From Promethearchaeota archaeon (GTDB lineage Archaea > Asgardarchaeota > Lokiarchaeia > Sigyniarchaeales > SOKP01), in contig JAEOTP010000043.1 in NCBI GenBank assembly GCA_016839765.1, positions 32,001-96,000 of the forward strand: 64,000 bases of DNA, written 5' to 3'. The notes beneath the pieces were generated by a model. That model saw only the letters and a list, made by a program, of their open reading frames with translations, searched no databases and was not told the origin of the DNA. The position numbers and the translations under genes are program-made. Below, piece by piece: positions 42,037-51,613 of this stretch. Position 1 is the first letter of the stretch. Each line of letters begins with the position of its first letter.

Positions 42037-42208
42037 AGAGGGAAGTCGTGGATAAGTGTAAAAATATATAATATCCCCTAATTTCCTAATTAAACATCCA
42101 CGCGATTCGCGTGGCAAGGGTTACATGGTAACTAAGTCTTAGGTTTTATCCCCAAACTTAACCTCCTCGGAGGTTTCCTTTTCCCGACTCCTCTCTTCTC
42201 CTTTTTTT
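42037..42208 (+). ncRNA. Candidate standalone structured ncRNA (~165 nt), family unknown
   Basis: TTTATATA at 42006-42013; terminal stem 42037-42048/42185-42196; several internal hairpins; T7 tract at 42202-42208. Confidence 0.65.
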
Positions 42209-42314
42209 AAAGCTTCGTATAAACAAACCATTTTGTTAAAATTTATACATTATTAAGATTTTTAATAGTTAAGGTATATAATTATACAACGCAATTGAAT
42301 TAGGGATAATTATT

Positions 42315-42950
42315 ATGGATTTTGAGAAATTAACCGAATTAATTATAGAGTTAGAAGTAGATGATATTGCAGATGCTGTGAAAGAAGCTTTAGAAGTAGA
42401 TGATAAGGATCCATTTGATGTATTAAATGCATTAACAAAGGGTATGGATGAAGTTGGGAGAAGATATGAGGAAAAAGAGTATTATTTAACTGAATTAGTT
42501 CTAGCTGGAGAGACGATGAAAGAAGCATTTAAAATACTTCAACCAGCTTTAGCTACGTCTGACAAATCACAGGTTAAGACTAAGATCATTTTGGCTACAG
42601 TAAAGGGAGATAACCATGATATTGGCAAAAATATCCTTGGATCCTTGCTTTTGAGCTCAGGATTTGAGATTTATGACCTTGGAATGGACGTTGACGAAGA
42701 TACTATAGTGCAAAAGGTTAAAGAAACGGGAGCAACCATTGTAGGGTTAAGTACACTTCTAACTATGACTGTAGAACACATCAAAGTCGTTCATGAGGCA
42801 TTAAAAACAGCGGGGTTACGAGAACAAGTCAAGCTCATCGTCGGTGGTGCGCCACTCAACATGGAACTTGCCAAGAAACTCGGAGCTGATGACTTTGCAG
42901 ATGATGCTGTCGAGGGTGTAAAACATATTAAAAATTTTGCTGGAATGTAA
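42315..42950 (+). CDS. Methyltransferase corrinoid (B12-binding) protein, MtbC/MttC-like
   Basis: LTKGMDEVG cap domain, GDNHDIGKN, VGLSTL, VGGAP. Confidence 0.92.
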   Translation: MDFEKLTELIIELEVDDIADAVKEALEVDDKDPFDVLNALTKGMDEVGRRYEEKEYYLTELVLAGETMKEAFKILQPALATSDKSQVKTKIILATVKGDNHDIGKNILGSLLLSSGFEIYDLGMDVDEDTIVQKVKETGATIVGLSTLLTMTVEHIKVVHEALKTAGLREQVKLIVGGAPLNMELAKKLGADDFADDAVEGVKHIKNFAGM

Positions 42951-43159
42951 AAATAAAAAAAGATATTTCTTATTCTTTTTTCTTTAGTTTTAAATTGGTA
43001 TAAGAGCAAATTTATAGATAATTTATATTTTATAAAGGTTGTTTATTAGATACATTAATTTCTGCTTATAGTCCTTGTTCTTTTCTACTAAATTATAATG
43101 TGAATATTTAATTGTGTAAGAAACTGTAAATATATTGAATTTAGTAATTAATATGTATT

Positions 43160-43420
43160 TTGAAGGTGTTATTTAATTTGACACAAGAAATAGAATATGA
43201 TGATGAGTTAGATACCAGAGGTTTATATTGCCCTGAACCTTTATTTGAAGTTAGAAATTTTTCAGAAACATTGGAGGCTGGAATGTGTTTCAAAGTATTA
43301 TCAGACGATCCAGCTGCCGAAGAGGATTTAAAGAGATGGGCAAAAAGAACTGATACTGAGTTAGTTGAATTTCATAAAGAAGGGGAAGATTTAATTTTTT
43401 ATTTCAGAAAGAAGAAATAA
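43160..43420 (+). CDS. tusA: TusA/SirA sulfur carrier
   Basis: LDTRGLYCPEP, DDPAAEEDL; start probably TTG 43178. Confidence 0.88.
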   Translation: MKVLFNLTQEIEYDDELDTRGLYCPEPLFEVRNFSETLEAGMCFKVLSDDPAAEEDLKRWAKRTDTELVEFHKEGEDLIFYFRKKK

Positions 43421-43433
43421 GAGGTAGAAAAAA

Positions 43434-43793
43434 TTGGAAGAAAAATATATTTTATATGTTCAAACAACGGATGCTCCAGAGAGACAATACTCGCCTTTAA
43501 TTTTAGCACAAACAGCTAGGGCAATGGATATTAAAGCAACAATATATTATCTCGGAATGGGTTTAAAAATCTTAAAACCTGGCGTAGCAGAAAATATTCA
43601 AGTTGGGGAATTTCCTACAGTTAAAGAGATGATAGATAAATCACTTGATATGGGTGTTGAGATATTAGTATGCGAAGCATCAAAAAGGATGTTAGGTTGG
43701 GAAAAAGTTGATTTAATTCCTGGAGCAAAAATCGTGGGCGCAGCTACTTTAAATGATTTAGTATTAGAAGCAGATGCTACTCAATGGTTTTAA
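43434..43793 (+). CDS. DsrE/DsrF-like sulfur relay protein
   Basis: GVEILVCEAS, GAKIVGAATL. Confidence 0.82.
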   Translation: MEEKYILYVQTTDAPERQYSPLILAQTARAMDIKATIYYLGMGLKILKPGVAENIQVGEFPTVKEMIDKSLDMGVEILVCEASKRMLGWEKVDLIPGAKIVGAATLNDLVLEADATQWF

Positions 43794-43862
43794 ATATGGT
43801 GAGATCTTTTAAAACGATGTTAAATTGTTTTAAATATTAAAAAAGTTAGGAGGTTAATTAAT

Positions 43863-45053
43863 GTGAGCATATACTTGGATAACCAGGCAGCTAAACCTGT
43901 GGATGAGAGAGTTATTTCAGAAATGTTGCCATATTTTAGAGATAAATTTGCGAATCCTGCTTCTTTACATGCTGATGGTGATATAGCCACTGACATTTTA
44001 GAGAAGTCAAGGGAGATGGTGGCAGATTTTATAAATGCTCCGAATCCATCAGATATTATTTTTACTTCAGGAGCAACAGAGTCAAATAATTTAGCAATAA
44101 TCGGTGCTGCTAACTTTTATAAAAGAAAAGGAAATCATATAATTATTTCTGAGATAGAACATATTTCTATTTTGAATATTGCAAAATATTTGGAAAAGCA
44201 AGGATTTAAAATAAGTAGAATCCCCGTTGACAGATATGGTATAATACGTTTGGATAAATTAGAGAATTTGATCAATGATAGTACAATTTTAATATCTGTT
44301 GCATCAGCTAGTAATGAAGTGGGTTCTATCCAACCAATTGAAGAAATAAGTAAAATTGCAACTAAAAACAAGATTCTTTTTCATACAGATGCAATTCCTA
44401 GTGAAAGTACTTTATCAATTGATGTCCAAAGTGTTCCTATTGATATGATTACTTTATCTTCTAATGATATTTATGGACCACGTGGAGTTGGAGCCCTATA
44501 TTTGAAAAAAGGAGTGAGAGTTAATCCAATTATTATAGGAGGAGGTCAAGAAAGAGGTTTCAGATCAGGTTCTGAAAATATCCCCGGTATCGTTGGATTT
44601 GCTAAAGCTGCTGGTATTATGAAGAATGAAATGCCAAAAGAGGTCGAATATCTTAAAGGGTTAAGAGATAAATTAATCAGTGGAGTGCTTGAAATAATAC
44701 CAAATTCCCATTTAAATGGTCATCCAGAAAAACGGCTGGCCAATAATGCTCATTTTAGATTCGATTATATCGAAGGAGAATCTTTAATCTTGCAATTAAA
44801 AGAACATAATGTCGCTGCCGCTACGGGATCTGCATGTTCTTCTAAAACTTTAGAACCTTCACATACTTTAATAGCAATGGGACTACTCCATGAAGAGGCA
44901 CATGGAAGCTTGTTAGTCTCCTTAGGAAGAACAACAAAACTAACTGACATTAACAAAATAATTGAGGTATTACCCGGAGCAGTAAAAAGATTAAGAATAA
45001 TGTCTCCTTTAACTCCTCCTGAATTATTAAAAAAATATAAAGAGGTGAAATAA
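43863..45053 (+). CDS. iscS: Cysteine desulfurase, IscS/NifS type
   Basis: IYLDN, FTSGATESNN, GGGQERGFRSGSEN, TGSACSS; PLP-lysine region reads SSNDIYGP. Confidence 0.9.
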   Translation: MSIYLDNQAAKPVDERVISEMLPYFRDKFANPASLHADGDIATDILEKSREMVADFINAPNPSDIIFTSGATESNNLAIIGAANFYKRKGNHIIISEIEHISILNIAKYLEKQGFKISRIPVDRYGIIRLDKLENLINDSTILISVASASNEVGSIQPIEEISKIATKNKILFHTDAIPSESTLSIDVQSVPIDMITLSSNDIYGPRGVGALYLKKGVRVNPIIIGGGQERGFRSGSENIPGIVGFAKAAGIMKNEMPKEVEYLKGLRDKLISGVLEIIPNSHLNGHPEKRLANNAHFRFDYIEGESLILQLKEHNVAAATGSACSSKTLEPSHTLIAMGLLHEEAHGSLLVSLGRTTKLTDINKIIEVLPGAVKRLRIMSPLTPPELLKKYKEVK

Positions 45054-45057
45054 AAGA

Positions 45058-45852
45058 ATGAAATCAACTCAATATTCTGAAAAAGTTCTAGACCATTTTC
45101 GTAACCCAAGAAATGTCGGAGTTATCGATAATCCAGATGGTTATGGAAAAGTTGGAAATCCAGTATGCGGGGATCTTATGGAGATTTTTATTAAAGTAAA
45201 AAAAAATGAGGCTGGAGAGGATATTATAGATGATATTAAATTTAGAACTTTTGGATGTGGTTCTGCCGTTGCTACATCTTCAATGGTAACAGAAATGGCT
45301 ATGGGTATGAAAGTTGCTGATGCCTATAAAATTACTAGAAATGATGTTGCAGATGAATTAGAAGGTTTACCACCAATTAAGATGCATTGTTCAAATTTAG
45401 CTGCTGATGCATTAAAGGCTGCAATCGATAATTATAGGCTCGGTACTACTTCTGAAGTTGAAGTTGCAACTTCCTGTAGTATACCTGATATCAAAGTTAT
45501 TCTTGGTTTAGAAGATTTTGTTGGAAAAGGTGTTTTTAAAGAAGTAGATGATTTATTTAAATTTAAAGATAAAAGAGTTTTAATATTAGACACAGGAGAT
45601 AAATCACTTGAACTTGCTCTGGAATTAATAAAATATACAGGGAGAGTCATTTTATTAACATCTGCTAAAAATACGCCTGGTTCAGAAGAATTAAAGAAAA
45701 AATTAAAGAAATCTGATGTGAAAATACTGTATGAGTCTGAATTACTTGAAGTAAAAGGAACTGACGATGTTGAAAAGGCTGTGATTCATGACTTTGATGA
45801 GGATGAGAATTATGAACTTTTTATTGATACAGTAATTTATTTAGAAAACTAA
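45058..45852 (+). CDS. iscU: IscU/NifU scaffold with a C-terminal degenerate thioredoxin-reductase-like Rossmann domain
   Basis: YSEKVLDHFRNPRN, GNPVCGD, FGCGSA, LPPIKMHCS, plus ~120-aa extension. Confidence 0.9.
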   Translation: MKSTQYSEKVLDHFRNPRNVGVIDNPDGYGKVGNPVCGDLMEIFIKVKKNEAGEDIIDDIKFRTFGCGSAVATSSMVTEMAMGMKVADAYKITRNDVADELEGLPPIKMHCSNLAADALKAAIDNYRLGTTSEVEVATSCSIPDIKVILGLEDFVGKGVFKEVDDLFKFKDKRVLILDTGDKSLELALELIKYTGRVILLTSAKNTPGSEELKKKLKKSDVKILYESELLEVKGTDDVEKAVIHDFDEDENYELFIDTVIYLEN

Positions 45853-46093
45853 TAAAACTAAATTATTATTTTTCAATATTTTTTAAAATATTTTTGTAAA
45901 ATTCTATGCTTTTTCTTAATTTATTTTTTTATAATTTTTAATTCATAAATTCTAAACAAAATAAGTTTGATTATATTAGATAATATTTTAATTTGTGATA
46001 TAATTCATAAAGATGAGGTTTATATGAAACATTTAACTTGAATTATTAAGTTATGATATCAAATTACACAACCTTAAAATAGTTGAGTAAAAT

Positions 46094-48484
46094 ATGCAAA
46101 GAGTTGTAATTATTGGTGGAGTTGCTGGAGGGGCTTCGGCAGCAGCTCGTTTAAGAAGATTAAGGGAAGATTTTGAGATAATTGTTCTTGAAAAGGGCCT
46201 TTTTGTTTCATTTGCGAATTGTGGTTTACCTTATTATGTAGGAAATGTGATTAAAGCGCGTGAACAATTAGAACTGATGACTCCTGAAGATTTTTTCGAT
46301 AGATATAATATCGATGTGAGAATAAACCATGAAGCATTATCCATCAATAGAGAAGAAAAAACTGTAATTATTAAAAATCTTGAAATTGATAAAGAATATA
46401 CTTTAGAATATGATTATTTAATCCTTTCTCCTGGCGCATCTCCTATAGTTCCCCCTTTTAAAGGGTTGGAAAAAGTTCCAAGTTTTACACTTAGAACAAT
46501 ACCAGATGCTGTGAAAATAAGAGAGTTTGCCGAGAAAAATAAAGTGAAACATGTCACTATAATTGGGGGTGGATATATCGGTTTAGAAATGGCTGAAAAC
46601 TTGAAAGAAAGAGGAATAAGAGTCAAAATAGTTGAGATGCTTGATCAAGTTCTTTCACCATTAGATAAAGAGATGGCTCAATTTGTACATCAAGAATTAA
46701 TTTTAAATGGGGTATGCCTTCAATTAGGAGATGCTGTAGATTCATTTGAATGTGATAAAAATAAATGTAATTATGTGATACCAAAGAGCGGTAAAAAAGT
46801 TAAAACTGACATGATAATCTTATCTATTGGAGTTAAACCTGAAAATAAGTTAGCAAAAGATGCGGGTTTAAAACTTGGACCAAAAGGGCACATAGTAGTA
46901 GATGAAAATATGCGGACTTCAGATCCTTATATTTTTGCTGTAGGAGATGCAGTTCAGACTGTAAATTTTGTTACCAATGAACCAACAGCTATTCCTTTAG
47001 CAGGTCCTGCAAATAAACAAGGAAGAATCGCAGCTGATAACATTGCTGGAAGAACTTCTAAATATAAAGGCGTTTTAGGAGCTTCTGTTTTAAAAGTCTT
47101 TGATCTAACAGTTTCTTTTGTAGGATTAAGCGAAAAACAACTAACCAATACAGATATTAAATTTGAAAAAATATATGTGCATCCAAATAATCATGCTGGT
47201 TATTATCCTGGGGCCATTCCAATCACTTTAAAGTTGCTTTTTGAAGCTAAAAGTGGTAAAATCTTAGGAGCTCAAGCAGTTGGAGGTCCAGGGACGGAAA
47301 AACGTATAGATGTGATTTCAACTGTAATAAAGTTTGGTGGAACTGTATTTGATTTGGAAGAGTTAGAACTTACTTATGCGCCTCCGTTTGGTTCCGCAAA
47401 AGATCCTCTCAACATGGCAGGGTTTGTTGGAGCAAACATTATAAAAGGCGATCATCCCATATGGCATTGGGAAGATTTACCAGAAATACAACAAAATAAC
47501 AGTTTCCTTCTTGATGTCAGGACTCCAGAAGAATATGCAGTAGGAACTATAGAAAATGCAGTAAATATAAATGATTTAGAATTGAGAAACAGATTAAGTG
47601 AGATACCAAAAGATAAAGATATTTATGTGTTCTGTGAGGTTGGGTTTAGAGGGTATTTAACAACGAGACTATTGGTACAAAAAGGTTTCAATAATGTTTA
47701 TAACCTTACTGGGGGATATAAACTATTTAAGACTGCAGCTGCTACTACACAGGAAATTGCCGAAGCTTGTGGACCACCAGAAGAAATCATCGAAGAAATG
47801 ATTGATAGAAAGACTATTGAAACCGATGAATTTATGGAAGTTGATGCATGTGGTATTTCGTGTCCAGGTCCATTAAATGCTCTCATACAAGGGCTTGAAA
47901 GTCTGCCTCAGGGTAAAAAGCTAAAGATTTATGCTACTGACCCAGGGTTTAAATCCAGTGTAGAGGCTTATGTTAAGTTAAATGGAGGGGTAAATTTAAT
48001 AAAAATAGGTAAAGAAGAAGGTAAACTAGTTACGATATTAGAAAAGGGTGAATTAACTTCCGATGAACTAGAAGGTCCTGTTAAAGCTAATAAGAGGACA
48101 AGAGCAGAATTGAGAGCTCTAGATACTCCTTCTTTATCAATAATCAGTACTGATGAACTTTTTGAAAGAATTGATACAGAAGATTGTCCTGCAATTTTAT
48201 TAGATGTACGAACACCACAGGAATTTCATGGTATAAAAGGTCATATTAAAAATGCGAAATTAATACCATTAGGAGAGTTAATGAACCATGTGGACATGCT
48301 AAATGAGTATATAGATAAAGAAATTGTAGTAATATGTGAAGCTGGTGGCCGCTCAATGATGGCTGCTCAACTTTTAGTAAGAGCAGGCTTTAAGGATGTA
48401 CGAAATTTATCAGGCGGGATGAGAGTTTGGCACAGAAAGGGATACCCTATAGAAGGAGAATATAAATATCATTATAACATTTAA
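46094..48484 (+). CDS. CoA-disulfide/persulfide reductase-rhodanese-TusA-rhodanese fusion
   Basis: GGVAGG, SFANCGLPY, GGGYIG, YAPPF; rhodanese FCEVGFRG; TusA DACGISCPGP; second rhodanese ICEAGGRS. Confidence 0.9.
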   Translation: MQRVVIIGGVAGGASAAARLRRLREDFEIIVLEKGLFVSFANCGLPYYVGNVIKAREQLELMTPEDFFDRYNIDVRINHEALSINREEKTVIIKNLEIDKEYTLEYDYLILSPGASPIVPPFKGLEKVPSFTLRTIPDAVKIREFAEKNKVKHVTIIGGGYIGLEMAENLKERGIRVKIVEMLDQVLSPLDKEMAQFVHQELILNGVCLQLGDAVDSFECDKNKCNYVIPKSGKKVKTDMIILSIGVKPENKLAKDAGLKLGPKGHIVVDENMRTSDPYIFAVGDAVQTVNFVTNEPTAIPLAGPANKQGRIAADNIAGRTSKYKGVLGASVLKVFDLTVSFVGLSEKQLTNTDIKFEKIYVHPNNHAGYYPGAIPITLKLLFEAKSGKILGAQAVGGPGTEKRIDVISTVIKFGGTVFDLEELELTYAPPFGSAKDPLNMAGFVGANIIKGDHPIWHWEDLPEIQQNNSFLLDVRTPEEYAVGTIENAVNINDLELRNRLSEIPKDKDIYVFCEVGFRGYLTTRLLVQKGFNNVYNLTGGYKLFKTAAATTQEIAEACGPPEEIIEEMIDRKTIETDEFMEVDACGISCPGPLNALIQGLESLPQGKKLKIYATDPGFKSSVEAYVKLNGGVNLIKIGKEEGKLVTILEKGELTSDELEGPVKANKRTRAELRALDTPSLSIISTDELFERIDTEDCPAILLDVRTPQEFHGIKGHIKNAKLIPLGELMNHVDMLNEYIDKEIVVICEAGGRSMMAAQLLVRAGFKDVRNLSGGMRVWHRKGYPIEGEYKYHYNI

Positions 48485-48643
48485 TATTTAATTTTCTTTA
48501 ACTGTTATTTTTTAAATTATTCAACTTAGTTGCGTAATATCTATAGTTTATAAGTATAAAAGTTAAAATAAGCCAAATAATTATAAACTCAACAAAATTC
48601 ATTTGTTACTAAAATTCAAAATTAAACATAAGAGGGTAGAATT

Positions 48644-49234
48644 ATGAAAGAAACTGCTAAAAAATTATTTACCGCCTATGTTGGTGAGTCTCAAGCAAGA
48701 AACAGATACACTTTCTTTTCAAAAGTTGCTAAAAAAGAAGGATATGCTTTGGTTTCTAATATATTTCAGGAAACAGCAGATCAAGAGAAGGAGCATGGAT
48801 CATGGTTTTATAAAATGCTTCAAGGCTTCAAAAAAGAAGAATCATTTGATGAAATGAAAGTATTACCTGATGCAGAATTCCCTACAACCCATGGAACCAC
48901 TGTCGATAATTTAAAATCTGCAATAGCAGGAGAGAACATGGAGTGGCAAACACTTTATCCCGATATAGCTGAAACTGCAGAAAAAGAGGGTTATCCTGAC
49001 ATTGCAAAAAGAGTACAAGCAATTATACGTGCAGAAAAGCATCATTCAGAACGATATGGAAAACTACTTAAATTAGTCGGTGACGATGCGTTCTTTAAAC
49101 GAGGCAAAAAAATCGTTTGGATCTGCATGGAATGTGGTTATGAGGTAGAAATGGATCATTTACCAGAAGATTTCAAATGTCCATCATGTGATCATCCGAG
49201 GTCATATTATAGGAAGAAATGTGAAGATTTCTAA
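48644..49234 (+). CDS. rbr: Rubrerythrin
   Basis: GESQARNRY, EKEH, EKHH, CMECG..CPSCDH. Confidence 0.95.
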   Translation: MKETAKKLFTAYVGESQARNRYTFFSKVAKKEGYALVSNIFQETADQEKEHGSWFYKMLQGFKKEESFDEMKVLPDAEFPTTHGTTVDNLKSAIAGENMEWQTLYPDIAETAEKEGYPDIAKRVQAIIRAEKHHSERYGKLLKLVGDDAFFKRGKKIVWICMECGYEVEMDHLPEDFKCPSCDHPRSYYRKKCEDF

Positions 49235-49325
49235 AATAAGTATAAAATTTTTAATTTAAAATCAAAATGGTTAAATAATAAACTGAATGAGATAAGAACA
49301 ACAATTTATTAGAGTGAAAATTTAT

Positions 49326-49718
49326 ATGCAACAAAAGGAAATATATAAATGTGCTATTTGCGGAAAAGTTATGGAAATTCTAAATCCTGCTGCTCCAGAG
49401 ACAATCTGCTGTGGACAGCCTATGCAGTTAATGGAACCACAATGGAAAGAATGGAAAACTGAAAAACATGTTCCTAAAATTACTGTTGACGTAAACAAAG
49501 TAACTGTTGATGTCGGAATCTCAATGGGTACCCCACACCCTATGACAGAAGAACATTGGATTATGTGGATTGAAGTTATTTGTAAAGATAGTTGTTATGA
49601 GAGACGATTTTTAAATCCTGGTGATGAACCTAAAGCAACTTTTACTTTTGCTAATCCTGAGGGCCTAATAGCAAGAGAGTATTGTAATCTTCATGGACTA
49701 TGGATTTCTGAAAAATAA
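49326..49718 (+). CDS. dfx: Desulfoferrodoxin (2Fe superoxide reductase)
   Basis: YKCAICG..CCG, EKHVP, HPMTEEHWI, YCNLHGLW; ATG at 49326. Confidence 0.93.
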   Translation: MQQKEIYKCAICGKVMEILNPAAPETICCGQPMQLMEPQWKEWKTEKHVPKITVDVNKVTVDVGISMGTPHPMTEEHWIMWIEVICKDSCYERRFLNPGDEPKATFTFANPEGLIAREYCNLHGLWISEK

Positions 49719-49774
49719 TTTAAAAATTTTTCTTATTTTTTTATTTTTTATTTTTAATTTTAATTGAGTTAAAG

Positions 49775-50323
49775 ATGGTAAAGAATAAAGCAATTATTTT
49801 AGATAGAGACGGCACATTAATCGAAGATAAAAATTATGCATATAAAGTAGAAGATTTTGAAATTTTACCAGGGGTAATTGAGGGTTTAAATCAACTTAAG
49901 GAATTATTCTTGTTTTTTATAGTGACCAATCAATCTGGTATTGGAAAAGGCTACTACTCCGTTGAGGATTTTCATAATTTCAATAATCATTTATTAAATA
50001 CACTAGACAAGAATAATATAAAAATAGAAAAAACCTATTTCTGCCCCCATTTGGCAGAAGATCATTGTGAGTGCAAGAAACCTAAACCTAAATTTATACA
50101 ATTAATAGCTAAAGAACATAATATTAACCTAAAAGAATCATGGGTTATTGGAGACCATCCATCAGATATTCTTTTTGGTTTGAATGGAGGATATAAAACA
50201 GTTTACCTTCGAACAGGACATGGAGAAAAACATATAGAGGAATTAGAGCAAAAAAGTATTAAGCCTGATATTATCACTGATCATTTTTTAAAAGCTAGTC
50301 AATCAATACTTAAAAAAATCTAA
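49775..50323 (+). CDS. GmhB/HisB-like HAD phosphatase
   Basis: LDRDGTL, TNQSGIG, CPH..CECKKP, IGD. Confidence 0.88.
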   Translation: MVKNKAIILDRDGTLIEDKNYAYKVEDFEILPGVIEGLNQLKELFLFFIVTNQSGIGKGYYSVEDFHNFNNHLLNTLDKNNIKIEKTYFCPHLAEDHCECKKPKPKFIQLIAKEHNINLKESWVIGDHPSDILFGLNGGYKTVYLRTGHGEKHIEELEQKSIKPDIITDHFLKASQSILKKI

Positions 50324-50419
50324 TTAACTTATTCTAAGCTTACTAATAATAACAATTTCGTAATATAATAGTTATTAAAAAATAATAAGAAAAAATAAGA
50401 ATGATTAAAAATTTACGGA

Positions 50420-51598
50420 TTATCTATCTCTTTTAAACACGCTTGGCATAGCGTGTTCATATCTTTTCATTGCAAATCTAGATATGATGATTCTTTGAAT
50501 TTCGCTTGTTCCTTCATAAATTTGATATAGTTTTGCATCTCTAAATAATTTCTCAACTGGATAAGTTCTTAAATATCCATATCCTCCATAAATTTGAACA
50601 GCTTCTGTGGTTACATTCATAGCTACATCAGAAGCAAATGCTTTCGCTATTGAAGAACTCATGTTATTATCTAAACCTTGATCTGCTTCCCAAGCGGCCT
50701 TATGCGTCAATAATCGTGCTGCTTCTATATCTTTATACATATTTGCAATCTTTTCTTGTATAACTTGATAATTTCCAATAGGTCTCCCAAAAACCTCTCT
50801 TTTTTGGGCATAATCGATTGAGTATTCCATCGCTGAACGCGCACATCCTACAGCAAAAGCTCCAATAGCAGGTCGTGTGTTCGCAAAAGTTTGCATAGCT
50901 AAAACAAAACCTCTTCCTGGTTTTGCTAAAATATTTTCTTTAGGTATTCTCACATTTTTCAAGCTTACTGCTACTGTATTTGACGATCTTTGACCAAGCT
51001 TTGGAATATGTTTCCCTAATCTTACACCCTCGGCTTTAGTATCAACAATAAACGCTGCTATCCCCTTATGTTTTTTTTCTGGATCTATAGTGGCAAATAC
51101 AGTGATATAATCTGCATAACCGCCATTTGTTATCCAAAATTTACTACCATTTAAAATATACTCATCTCCATCCTTTTCAGCCTTGCACTTCATTCCAGCA
51201 ACATCAGATCCCATAGCTGGTTCAGAAGTAGCAAATGCGATTAATTTAAACTCACTTGTTAATTCGGTTAAAATTCTTTGCTTTTGTTCGTCATTTCCTC
51301 CGATCACTATTGGTTCTGCTCCAAGATTATTATCAAATACTGATGTTGCTATACCAGGACAAGCTGATGAAATTTCTTCAACCACAATACACGAGTCTAA
51401 TAATCCATATCCAGGACCTCCATATTCTTTAGGAATTCCTAAATTAAGTAAGCCTTCTTCCCAAGCCTTTTTAATAACAGGTAAAGGAAATTCTTCTGAT
51501 TCATCATATTTTCTTGCTACAGGTAAAACCTCTCGGATTGCAAATTCTCTTGCTTTTTGTTGAAGTGCTATTTGCTCTTCAGTTAATTTAAAGTCCAT
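50420..51598 (-). CDS. Acyl-CoA dehydrogenase
   Basis: SEPAMGSD, LNGSKFWITNG, GGYGY, IYEGTSEIQR. Confidence 0.95.
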   Translation of the reverse strand: MDFKLTEEQIALQQKAREFAIREVLPVARKYDESEEFPLPVIKKAWEEGLLNLGIPKEYGGPGYGLLDSCIVVEEISSACPGIATSVFDNNLGAEPIVIGGNDEQKQRILTELTSEFKLIAFATSEPAMGSDVAGMKCKAEKDGDEYILNGSKFWITNGGYADYITVFATIDPEKKHKGIAAFIVDTKAEGVRLGKHIPKLGQRSSNTVAVSLKNVRIPKENILAKPGRGFVLAMQTFANTRPAIGAFAVGCARSAMEYSIDYAQKREVFGRPIGNYQVIQEKIANMYKDIEAARLLTHKAAWEADQGLDNNMSSSIAKAFASDVAMNVTTEAVQIYGGYGYLRTYPVEKLFRDAKLYQIYEGTSEIQRIIISRFAMKRYEHAMPSVFKRDR

Positions 51599-51613
51599 CT
51601 CAATTCACTCTTT

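Noticed and set aside
42037-42208. Cobalamin riboswitch or tRNA-Sec identity for the ncRNA candidate
   Set aside because: Only an AGGGAAG resemblance; no B12-box, T-loop, UCA anticodon arm or cloverleaf found
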